64,000 bases of DNA, from assembly GCA_050575255.1 (NCBI GenBank), contig JBNZDD010013718.1:4955718-5019717 (forward strand), given 5' to 3'. This DNA is from Harriotta raleighana. Its lineage: Eukaryota. The stretch's first letter is position 1. Every line of letters starts with the position of its first letter. Below, piece after piece: positions 52,200-64,000 of the stretch. Under the pieces are notes generated by a model. It saw nothing but the letters and a program-made list of their open reading frames with translations, ran no database searches and was not told the DNA's origin. A program made the translations under genes and the position numbers.

Positions 52200-52680
52200 A
52201 TTTTAGGAAGGAGGATTAGGCATTAATGCTTAAGGTTTGTAAATGGGGGAACATGAATAATGTGGTTAATTTTCTATACCTTAGTTTCAGAAGTTTGTCA
52301 GTTCAGTTACTAATGGCTGAGACAGAGAGTCGTGGAATACGGGATAAAGTATGGACATGGATGGATAGTTGGTTTGCAAACAGGAAGCAAGATGCTTTCT
52401 TTCAAGATGGAATACAGTATATAGGTTCCTCCATGGCCATCTTTAATCTATATTTAGTGACTTGGGCAAGTAATATCACAAGTAAAATCTGCACAATTTC
52501 AGATGATAGCAAAATTGGAGGCAAAGCAAATAATGAGGAAAATGCAAGCAGATTCATAATAGTTTAGATCATTTCAAAAATCTGGGTCAGTGTGTGCCAG
52601 ATGTAAATCAGTGTGGTTAAATGTGGAAGAATTCCATCAGGCGGAAGGAACCAAAAGAAGTTATATGTGTTGAATGGCTT
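52200..52680 (+). mobile_element. Old CR1 RT fragment
   Basis: ORF 52226-52567 contains FLYLSF, GIRDKVWTWMDSWFANRKQ and ISDDSKIGG (degenerate FADDTKLGG), followed by a degenerate WQM.F...KC segment. Confidence 0.75.
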
Positions 52681-54879
52681 AATTCTGCAGGTCTTCAGAA
52701 TTGTCTCTAACCCTTATCAGATCATCAGTACTTAATGTTAACCCTCAAAGGATTCATAGAACAAGATCATTTTAAAAATGTGTGCAGGAAAATTGTATGC
52801 ACCAACAAAAACAAACAGGAAGCAAATAAGCTAAATTGTACTGGAAAGTGAAGAGAACCGAGTTAAACAATAGGCAGTATTTTAGAATTGATTCCTGTGT
52901 AATGCATTGCTTTAACATTCAATAAAGCTGTCTGTTAGAATTTGGGATGCGTTTTGTTTATTGCCGCTTGTTCCCAAAACGTTGACCTCATATTTTGTCC
53001 TCACTGGTTACAGCTGGTGTTGGAACTGCACAACTGGATTAGGAGATTTTATCATAGTAGAGTACTTTGGTGAATTGTTCCATTCAATCAAGAGCAAAAC
53101 ATCTCCTCAGATGTTACTGATACTAACGCTATTCACCATGGAATTTCACATGGAATTTCTGACTCAATGTTGATGGTTAGGCAGGGCCGCAGAAATAATC
53201 AGTGCATTAATATTCATTTTTACTCTGTGATTATAGAATTTTAAGTGTACTTAAGTGTACTTTTTTCTCATCTGTAGTGTTCCAAGAGTCAATACAATGA
53301 TGTTGGACCATAAATAAATTCTAAATGGGAGCACAAAAACTGGAATGTACGGTAGGCGTATCAGCAGCTAAGAGAAGAGATACTGAGTGCTTTGAGCGTG
53401 ACCCTTCATCAGAAGTGGCAGTAAGATTGTGAAGAATGAAGAGGTTTGGGAATTCTGAGAATTGTAGATTAGAGTAAATGAGAAGAGGGGAGAATGTCAT
53501 GCAGCCAAAGTTAAGTTTGCATGGACTACTTAAGCACCATAAAGCTTATTATAAGATAACAAAATTGCATTTGAGGATTAAGATAAAGGCTACCGTAACA
53601 CTTCTGAATTGTGCTGAACCAGGCAATCAAACCAAGTTAACAGTATTAATTATTTAGAAATGCGCACACATTACAGGTATGCACAATTTCTTATGTTTAA
53701 AAGGAGTAAACAGACTTTATGGACTTGAGTCTATTCAGGATGTAGTTGAATTTAGATTTGAAGCATAATTTAGTCACATGTTACATACATTTGAACAAGA
53801 GCTGGAATGAACTAATCTACCCCCAAAATTAAAGCGGTTCATATTCATCAGTTGGAGCATGTGAGCATGACTTCTTGTAATTTTGTAAATTCTCTCCATG
53901 ATCATTCCTGTCAATCGATAGGGATGCCTCCAATGTGGACTAAAGGAAATACAAGGGAGAACTTTCATTTTGGTCTGTATGCACTCTCTTAACCTTTAGA
54001 GCACCCAAGATTTGGCAGGTTGTTGAATTATGTTTTCAGTTTGAAGCCTGTGTTCGCTAGTTTTTAAAAGCACCTACAGAAAACACATTTCGAAATTCAA
54101 AGCAATATTTATGAATTTGACATTAAAATATTGGACATTGAAATGTGTTATATCGTAAATCTAAACCCAGGTAGAATTTTTACAAAATAATATCAGAAAT
54201 AACCAGATAAAAAAACACTGGGATTTTGGAAGAATCTAACAGTGCAAATCAACAAGAATGGGTCGGGCTTGATGTAAAGTTTTCTTTTCCTGGAGATTCA
54301 AGAAATACGAAAAGTTATATCTGAGTAAATGTTGACTTCTAAGTCATTTCTTGGATTAATACACCAGATTGCTTATGAGCTGTGAACATGATGCATTCTG
54401 TTTTTTTGTGATTAGATGTTGTATTTTAATCACACAATCCATGCCGTAAGGTTGATGTAACTCAGTCTGGATTTACCAATTGTTTCAGGCACCTCAGTAT
54501 TGGGAGATACAGATTACAGTTTATGGACTGAGGGTAAGAACTACTTCAACATCATTTCTGAACTATCTATAATTGAGTGGAAATCTTCAGCATGGAGTCC
54601 CTGACCATAGGCAACATCCTGCTTTAGTATCATTGCAAATCTTTTGCAAACTCTACCCTTTTCAAACCAATCTTGACTCTCACCAATGTCTCCAAAAGAT
54701 CTTTATGGCCTTCTGAAATCGTGATTTTATTTTCTTATCTGTGATCATTTGTACCCCCAATTTAATGCCAATGAGAATTCAGCAGACTTTATGTTAATAT
54801 TTTATTTGCTGAGACTGTTTTAACACTATCAGATTTTCCATTACAGATCAAATTCTGCATTAATACATTCAATGAATGC

Positions 54880-55170
54880 AACAAACAACAAATTACATTT
54901 GTATAGCACTTTTCACATCCAGTGAACATTCCAAAGCCCTGGGCAGTCAGTGATTTAGATCTAAGATTGGACTTGGGATCAGGAGGGTTGGAGGCAGGGA
55001 GAGTGGACAAAGGAGGAGTCGAAGAGAAGGGTCTTGAGAGATGCCGCAAAGGATACAATCAATGGAGGTAACAAGGCAAAGGGACTCTGGCAGGTGTACC
55101 ATAAGTTTGGGCCAGAGAGACTGCAGGCCCAACCACCAATGGGTGGAGTGGGGGGTCATGGAGGGTTGGG
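54880..55170 (-). mobile_element. L2 3' fragment
   Basis: aacaaacaacaaattacatttgtatagcacttttcacatc tail and gtcgaagagaagggtcttgag, collinear with 44033-44340. Confidence 0.8.
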
Positions 55171-57019
55171 AGCCTGGTGGGAGAGAGAACACAATAAAGA
55201 TGGCAAATAAGGCATAATTAGGGCGTTGTTCCCATCAACATAAGTCAAATTACATTTATCTTTGTTTCTTTGTCTTTTTGTCACTTACATTACATGTACC
55301 TTTGGAAATGTATTGTTTTTCTAAAGCTGCAGCATTGAGCCTGTGATATAAGCACAAAGATACTATCCATGGAAGCAGCAGGGACAAAAAATGCTAATGC
55401 ATCCACAAATTTGGGGAGACTGAGGGTCATATTGTACCCTAGGAAAGGATAGGTTAACCTGACATAACATAAGCTTCCTAAATTTGGCAGTGGAACAGTT
55501 CATTAACAGACTGAAGCTCAAAAGAAGCAGTGAGAGGGGGATGAATGATTACATCTAGATTGGAAGTAACCATGTTGATTCCCAACGTCTCTGTCTTGGA
55601 CTGTATAAAGGAAGGTCATCATGAATATCTATGTATTCCTTTGCAGCACCAATGGTCTTTAGCATTAGCAAACAGCATTAGGGTCAACCTCAAGTAAAGT
55701 CTAACATTTTCTAACAAGTAAAGCTTGTCGCAACAACAGAACTGAATAATAAAACCAAAGCATTGTTGAATTTAAGGTGTGAGGGTGATGTAGGAAACAA
55801 GAGTATTGTGAGGTGCCTGGATACAGAATGAATCCAGCGTGCCTGGAGGAAGAAGTAAATATCTTTTTTAAGGAGTCCTGCAACAAATTATTCCCAGGAT
55901 GTTGTAACATCAGAAACCGACTGACTGATTGAAACCTGGGCCCTGTCTATCACCTCCCACAGCTGGAATTATATTTGTCTGGATAAACTGAAGGTGGTCA
56001 TCAATCTGTCTGAGACCACAATGAATGAATTGCTTACCACTGCCAAAGTTTGGATTACAACTTTTGAATCCCTCCCCTACGAATTGCTCAGGGAGTTACC
56101 CCATTGCTTAACGCAGCCATAGTCAAACGATACCAAGATTACCATGAGACGATCTCTGACGGGATTCTTTAAGAAATACTCTGAGTTTTCCATGGGAACT
56201 CCTTTAAATAACCATAAGTTTGCTGTGCAATATGCAGGAACTTCCTCCAATGAAATCTACTGTTAGAGCACAGTTATCTGGTCCACTTTGATCAGTGGTT
56301 GGCATGATATACGTCTGGCTACTAAGAACAGACCACAATTGAGACTCTGAGATGCTGTTGCTTATGGGCTTTCCCCCCCCCCACTTTCCAGCAATACAAA
56401 TATGGTTGGTTTACATATTTACTGATATCTTTTCTGATTGCATGTTACTTTTGACACTTTATTAACTTTATTTGACACTTAAAAGCCAAGGCCTTTTGAA
56501 TCCCTGTCACAGTCTTGAATTGTTTTCCAGCATTCCTGCATACTTAACCTACTAATACGACATGTTACAAAAGATTTTAAGGCCTACAATTGAGGCCCAA
56601 TTGGAGTGTTCTCACACTGATTTCCATTTTCGGTTGATCAAATTTGCGTAGTCCATACCGCCTAGTAAAGAAACAATATTCTCTTTGTTAATCTCTATAT
56701 TGGGTTCCTAACAGAATATTCTACTGAAGGAAACTTCCTAGAATAGAAAGAGCAGGTCACCAAATCGTTTGACTCCTAGCCAAAAGGGATTCAAGCTCTG
56801 ATCCCTGTTAATAAGAAGAAGCTAACTTTGAAACTACAGCCCTTCAGCATACTGATGCCTTTGTGAATTGTTAATATAATTTAGTGCCACAGGATGTGGT
56901 TCTGAAACAAATATTTGTAAATTTTTTGTTTGCAGTCAGTTAGAGGGAGCCATCCTTGTTCAGAAACAGCTGAATGGCAGGGAACGCTTGAAGACTTGTT
57001 GATTTTCTTTTTCTCTCCA

Positions 57020-57185
57020 CTTTCTGAGTAGTGCCATGGGATCGTTAACATACACACTTGAATAGTGATCTGGTGTTTAACGTCTCATCCAAAGAAAGAA
57101 AGACACCTCTGACAATGCTGTACTGCATTGACCCCATAGCTTTCTGTCTCAGAGGCAAGAGTACAACTGGGTCAAGCTGACAGCC
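57020..57185 (-). mobile_element. Deu-type SINE 5' part
   Basis: tagtgccatgggatc...tttaacgtctcatccaaag...cacctctgacaatgctg...ctcagaggcaagagt...aagctgaca. Confidence 0.65.
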
Positions 57186-57854
57186 AATAGAATCATTTAT
57201 ACTAAATATAATATTATGCATCCAGTGTTATTTGTGTAATGGCTTAAATAGATTAATTAATCATATCGTTAGAAATTGCCATCTGTACGGAACGGATACT
57301 CATATTCCTAGGTAATTGAGAAATTGAAAATTCTGGTGAGAAAGGAGGACATTAATTCCTATCTGAGAGTAATAAATATTCTTGCAGAAAGATGACTACT
57401 GTGCAAAATAGTACTGCAGTTCAGGTAATTATAGAAAAAAAAGTACCCTGATTATTGTCAAAACTAAGAAGCTTTGCCTTTGTGGAAATAACTTTATTTC
57501 CAATGGGTAAGTTAACCAAAGCAGTTCAAACAAATTATAATTAGACTCAGTGCTTTTGGCAGATCTGAGACTGTTGGTGACTCAAATGTTAGGCTCTATG
57601 TGTAAATTTCTACAAAGAGAGGAAAAAAGTATAAAAGTATAGAATACAATCGCTGTTCAAACTACAAGAGCCGATTGTCTGTGGAGATAAAACATTGTCA
57701 AAATGCAAGCGCAGGCAAGTACAACATTGGGCTTCATTCCTGTTCTAACCAAAGAAGCACATCTGGGCAGGAACAATGACCATCAAGAAAATAAGCTCAT
57801 TTTAATGTGACTAGAATGAAGGATATGGTTAGTAAAGATTGAAAATAGGGTAGT

Positions 57855-57970
57855 TTTGTGGCTGCGTTTCACCCACAAAACATACACTTTACAGTATATT
57901 CTATGAAATGGTTTGAGGCGCCTAGAAGACATGATAAGGCGCTATATCAAATGCAAGGATTATTATTATG
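57855..57970 (+). mobile_element. SINE 3' tail
   Basis: ggctgcgtttcaccc...acagtatattctatgaa...tgataaggcgctatatcaaatgcaagg(att)n. Similar tails lie at about 19305-19378 and 47030-47100. Confidence 0.7.
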
Positions 57971-60949
57971 AGAGCTAACGTGCGATTACAAACGACGCAT
58001 CGGATAATCCTGCAAAAGCGAACAAGAAACTAAACCATATAAAATGTTGACATGATAATTTGGGAGAGCAGAACCTAGTTATGAAGTGATATTTCAAATC
58101 AACGCTTTGCTGCTTGCTGTATTGCTTAGCAAGTGCCCCACAAGGTTTAGCTGCCCTTCGGAACAATCATAATTCAAACAAGGTATTCAGCACAAAAGAC
58201 ATTGAAAAACAACAAATTTCTACTTTGATGAAATCCTCCACTGCCTGATGTGCACAGGCTGTGTTCAAAGACTATGGTTTATGCTCGTTTGAAGGATGCT
58301 AAACCATATAAAACGAAAACAATGTCTTGCCAGTTGGCTTTGTTTAGAAAGTTTCATCCAACAAGAAGCACCCTTTTTCAATGCGCTGCATAATGGGATT
58401 TTAGATGTTGAAGACAGATTGGAGGCAGATTTAGTGTAAAGCTGAACATTAATTAATTATTAATGTAACAATTAAGGTTCACCCACCTACCCCAAATTTG
58501 GTCACCTGTACATAACCATGAAGCCTCTTGGGCGGAGACATGTTTTAACATTTTGGACATAGGAAACAAAACTAGACTGACTGAAAATTGGAAAATATCA
58601 CATATGGCGTACAATCAAATAATCTTTTCTGATGATCACCAAGAAAATTGAAGTGAGAAGGAATCGTGAAAACATCAAATGTCGTTAGGCTGGGACCAAA
58701 GCAGTCAGTGACTCTGTCAATGCCTCAGTAAGACTGAAAAACAAATCTTATTACTGTAATAGAGTAATCAGAGATGTGCAGAGTACATGCTAACACACAA
58801 TTTAAGTGGAATTGGAAAGCTTGCTTAATACTTGTGATTAATATCAATAAAACAAACAATTATGAATTATTGGATGAAGGCAGAGTTGATATTGTACTAT
58901 TAATTTTGAGGCTGTTACAATTAATGTGGAATGAAATTAGTGCTAACTAGAGATTCAAGAAACATTATGGGTAAAATGCCTTTGGAATGTGCATTAAATA
59001 CAAAGCTCGTTAAAAAAATTCTGACCCTTTAGCCTTTACTGGGAATATAACCTGAATTCAAAGAAATGCAATGGAAGATTGTTGCTATAGTGATTTAATG
59101 AACGACGTACAGGATGATGAAACTCCTTAACAAGAATAAGGAAGCCAATTAATCTGAGTTTAATTTGATTTCAAATGCGAGAAATGAATATATTTGCAGG
59201 AAACCTTAGCCAATTTGTCCAGGGATTTGGATGTGTGTCCAAACTACAGTAAGCACAGAACACATATATTATGAGATAGGAAGTGACACAAAGATATATT
59301 CACTGAGTACAACTACAACAAATATAAACTGTGAAACCTTTCACATGCAGTCGATGATTTCCTTTCACAGAAACCTGGGGTTTAGAAGATTTCAAATAAC
59401 ATGAGATAAGATGGGAATCAAACTTTCGAATGCAAGGTGAGCAGGCTAACCATTATGCTACAGAACTTCATATTCACAATGCTAAATTTACAATGTTAAA
59501 GAGAATACAGTACTGTGAAACCATTCTCAAAGTAAAGTTAAATATATATATATATAAAGATGTACTACCTGTAAAAGGAAAATCAATTTCCATACTTTAT
59601 TGCAAATGAATTTCTGGCTTAGGTGATACTACTGCTCTCATAAAATGTGTTGTGAATCGTGTGCTTCAACTAAACTATGATGTACAGTATTAGAAAGTTT
59701 CACAATAAAAAGGAATTCATAGCAAAAATGCAATTCATGTCCAACTCAAGGTACAGAACAATACAGTATTCAGGAAATGAATATAAAATGATTGGACCTT
59801 TGCTGTAATAAGCAGAGCAACTTTTTTTATGAAATAGGTAATTTAACTTTAAATTGTGAATAATCACAAGATACCAACCATCTTGCATAATTCGAAGAGG
59901 AGGGATGAATTAGTAAAAATATTAATGCTTGTATTAGATACAGCACCTTTCACATGAGGTGGATATCTCAAACTGCTTCACAGGATTTGTATTGCTTATA
60001 CAGTACATACATTGAGGAAGTGAGGATAACAGACAGTTATCAGCTACTGTCAGAAATCAAAGCAAAAGGAAAGATGCCTTTGATGAAGGTCAGACACTTC
60101 CAAACCCTCCATTACCCATGCAGTACAATGAAATATCCAATAGGTAAATATTTTTTATGCTGCTGTTCACGTTGCTAATGTGAGTGAAGGCACTGTAATT
60201 TCAACCTCTAAACTTGCCCCTACCACCCATGTGTATAAATTGAGTGTGTACACTTAAAACTTAATTAGAGATGTATGCCACAGTTTTGTGCTGAGGTGGA
60301 TAAGTAAGTAATGGCCAAGAGTTCTTAAGACTGCTTTATTGCTGTTCCTGTGATATTGGGGTCAATCTATACACTGTTCTGAGCCATGAATGTTGTACAG
60401 TATAAATTAACTAGTTTGATAAATTGATGCAAAGTAATTTCATTTCCTGAGGGTGCGAAATGAGGTCCCAGTAGTGCAAAGTTATCCAACTGTATCTATT
60501 TATAATATTGAAAGAGGAAAAAGTCCTGGATTTTCCAGTTGTGTAAATTGCAACATCTGCCGAAGTTTGTGGTGTGTTCAGTATTGTGTGCCAGTTGGTC
60601 AATAAAAATGAAAAAGATGATACTTGTTTCTTTTCGAAAGAAAACGATTTAGCAATCACAACATAGTAGAGCTCTAGCAATCTAAATTAATTGGTTTGAG
60701 TCATGCTGATGAATATTTTCAGGCAGATTTAGCGGTGTACACATGTTACCGAATCTATTTGATTATTAACAATTGTAGGAAAAAACAAACAGGTGGAAGC
60801 CATTCAGCCCATCAAGCAGCTTCATCAGTTAATTGTCTTGTCCAATCTTTTAATCCAAATCTCCTGCTCTTCTACTCTTTTAAATATCATGGCTGTTTCA
60901 AGTGGGAAGATTTTTTACACGGAAGTCCAATGACTATGTATTTTTTGAT

Positions 60950-61215
60950 GAATGGGGCAGTCAACTTGCACCCTGCAATGTCCCACAAACAGCCATGAAG
61001 TGAATGTTGGTCAGAACATCTCAGGGGAGAAACTTCTTAAACTTGAGGGCTTTCTCCACAATATTTCTCCTTCCTTTGACAAAATCCGAATACCATTGTA
61101 CTTCATAAATATGCCCCCTCATATATATCATCCCCGCCACAAGATGGAGGATGTTTTCAATGTTTTTTTCCCCAGCTCTTAAAACAATGAAATCCCCTCA
61201 GCTGCACACCGCACA
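60950..61215 (-). mobile_element. Degenerate Deu-type SINE core
   Basis: ttgcaccctgcaatgtcccacaaacagccatgaagtgaatgttggtcagaacatctcaggggagaaact. Confidence 0.5.
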
Positions 61216-61911
61216 AAAAAGGATTAAGTTCAAACCAACGGGATTTTTGATCAGCATTTGGAATCCATTAGCCTCTTTTTGACACCCCAATTAAACCTTA
61301 GAATCAAAGCCCCTTCTGTGCATAATTTATTCTCCTTTTCGTGCTATTTGTACACCTGTTTCGAGATACACCCAATCCAAACAATTCCTTTTTACAATCC
61401 TGCACAGCCACAGTTTCCTTGACACTCTGAGACACTGTCCTGCATGATATAAATGCAAGTTGTTGTTTTTGTTTCTATACCTGTCCCATTATGTTGAATT
61501 TCTCCAGTAGTGAACTCTTATAGATAGACTGAAAATCAACATTTAGACTTACCCGGAAGGGACAGAAGCTCGTCAGAAATAAAAATGATGGCAACCGTTT
61601 TGGGAGTATCCTCCTGGTCTGTCTCGAGTTCTGCCCTCTTTGACTGCACTTTTGGTCATCTTTCCCTTCCTCAACCCCCTCAGCCCAAATCCCCAGATTC
61701 TGTGCCAAACCAGGATTATTATTATTAATTGGCACACAATTTCTTCAGATGTGAAAGATGCTCCATAAATGTAAATGTGTATTGTGCTGCATACACGATA
61801 ATATTGAACTTATGCATTTCAATTATGCATTTCAGGAAGTAAAATGATTAGCTTCGAAAAGCACAATTATTGCCGGTAAAAGCACAGGCTGGCCTATTGT
61901 TATAGCAGTAT

Positions 61912-62290
61912 ACAACAACAACAACTACATAATTACAGTGCCTACTTAGAGCGCCTTTCACGTCAGAAGGACGTCTGAAGGCAATGAAAAGTATAGCTGA
62001 AGTGGAGCAATTATGTGCCTTTCGGTGATGCAGGATGTAATGTTTGAAATAACAACTTGCATTAATGTGGTGATCTTTACATAGGGTAAAGATCTGGGAG
62101 CGTTTCGCTGTGGTGGCCTTCAACACCAAGCAAGGGAGAAGAGTGAGCTGACCATTCATAGGAGTAGCTTTTAAGACGGGATTGAAAGATTGACGGAGCA
62201 GTGGTGAAGTGGAGGGATAGAAAGGCCGGGAAATTCAGTCGCAAGTGGCATGGTGACTGAAGGCTCGGCCTCCGATGGTAGTGCTGAGGA
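61912..62290 (-). mobile_element. L2 3' fragment(s)
   Basis: (caa)n tail with agagcgcctttcacgtcagaaggacgtc. About 62160-62285 on the minus strand resembles IGGRAFS...FQSRLKSYS. Confidence 0.7.
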
Positions 62291-64000
62291 CACACAGCAG
62301 GCTGGTGTTGGCTGAAATAGAAACAAAAGGAGAGTGCATGTGCGTGTAGATGGCGGTTCAGTGTTAAACCACAATCTGTCACAGCACTGATGTTAATTTT
62401 TAAAAAGCGTGCACTATGAAAATCCATCAAAACCATTTGCACCCCAGTTAAACTGTTTACTCAGAGAATTGTACCTAATCCAACGACTTCATTTCCAGAG
62501 CTATGTGCTATGTGCAGAATTCAAATGCCTGGAAACTCAAATGTCACTCCTTCCATTTCATCAGAATTCAGAGATTTCCAGAATTGATTGTTTAATCCTT
62601 CACAGTTCACAATCACTTTTCTTCGGGAAAAAAACTGGGTGGAGAAATCAACCAACAGAGAGTCACGAGAGAGGAAACTGCAGTGCTAATACTGCCGGTA
62701 AAAAGTGGACATCTGTAAGAAAAAATAAAAGGCACTGAAAGGAAATGAGACATGAGCAGAAGTGCTTGGAAATGCTGCTCAGGTTGTTTTTTTTCATTGA
62801 CTAGTAGATGTCCTTTAGGAAGTACTTAATGGTGGATTAAGAGGCAGTTTATAAAACAGAGCCACACTGGTCTTTTCTCAGTTAACAATTGCAGAGTTCA
62901 TCACCAATAATCTGGGGGAAAAAAATCAGTAGGCAGCAAGCAGTTTTGCACTTGAATGCCTTCAAGAGTGAAGGTAAAATGCCACAATTGTATTCCAGAA
63001 GCCATCATCAAGGTCAATTCTCTCATTAAAAATAAGTGCCATCCTTCAGTAAGTTAAACCTACTGAGGAATATTTTGGTTAAAACATTCGGATGAGAACT
63101 CAAAGCTAAGCTGTATCTTGGTTGTTCATTGTGTAGATGTGATAATCCTCAGCAGATCCTGCATTTAGTTTTGATCCGTAACACTGCAATTTCTATGGGA
63201 CGCTGTCAGTAAGTAATTACAAGAAACAGTGGACTCGGAGGGGAGAGCACAACAAAAGGCATGATAGGACAGGAAACGTGCTGGAGATGTGTTATTTCCA
63301 TTAGCATCACTGTTTTCCTTGGTATTGAAGTGGTGTGATGTTTTTACGTACAACCTCTTAACGTTTGTAGCCTGGTTTACAAAGCACCATAGGACCATAT
63401 GTGTTGTGTGCAGAGAAAGGCAGTCACCTGACTATTTATTCTCGCTCTTATTTATTTTACAGCTGAACTATTGCTTTTGCTTCTTTCTGTGGTTTGGCAT
63501 CACAGCAGACGACACCCCATAGATTTGTGTCAGGGCCGGTGTTAAACAATTATACTCATAACATGATTGACACCACAGAAATCTTACAACATGACACAAT
63601 TGTTATAGCTAAAAGTGGTAGGAGGTATGTGGATACAAGAGAAAAAAAACGGGTATTTCGAAAGCTCTCCTATGAGTCGGAGTCTATAATAAATAAGCTT
63701 TTAAGTTTAACTAGTTATATATTTTTTAAAAACTCTGGAATCAAAAAAATGGTAATTTAGCGATCAGCTGAAAGCTATTTGATGCACTGCCTCTTTTTAA
63801 TTACTTGATTGTATCTAAAGCTATTTATGTCCCCGAATTTAAAAATACAAAACCAAGAATGTCTGGGAGCGAGTTGGAAGGAAGTAATTCAATCAAGCAG
63901 GACTAATAACAATGTAAACTGTGAGAGTCAAGCTCCAGTGGTTTTTGAACATCAACAGAATTTAGGATTTAAATTATTAGATTAAACTCCACTTCCACAT

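Noticed and set aside
58800-59060. Additional very old CR1 RT fragment (DEGRVDIV-like)
   Set aside because: The resemblance is too short and degenerate to call without an HMM search.
1-64000. The many 60-135 aa ORFs in the supplied track as genes
   Set aside because: Lengths are compatible with chance, many start at GTG/TTG, and only the LINE-derived ones contain recognisable motifs. This is eukaryotic non-coding DNA.

Overview
AT-rich, non-coding-looking vertebrate genomic DNA, with no prokaryotic features (no operons, rRNA, CRISPR). The repeat content points to a cartilaginous fish, possibly a holocephalan; this is inferred from remembered repeat consensus sequences, not from a search. That content is CR1 LINEs ending in the ATTCTATG octamer, L2 LINEs with (GTT)n tails, tRNA-headed Deu-type SINEs with (ATT)n tails, and pogo/Tigger-like MITEs. 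The only recognisable protein-coding sequence is LINE ORF2: a dead, 5'-truncated CR1 at about 43331-46247 (minus strand) carrying a nested L2, plus several older CR1/L2 fragments. I could not identify a host gene. A few isolated splice-site-flanked segments and several homeodomain-motif-rich blocks suggest a large intron or a gene desert with conserved non-coding elements. The best-supported structures are a 388-bp MITE with 20-bp TIRs and internal palindromes, a second pogo-like family reconstructed from two partial copies, and an L2 insertion with a perfect 19-bp target-site duplication. Four gap-associated duplications are most likely assembly artefacts; three of them share exactly 50 identical bases. 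I found no convincing evidence for a previously undescribed biological system.
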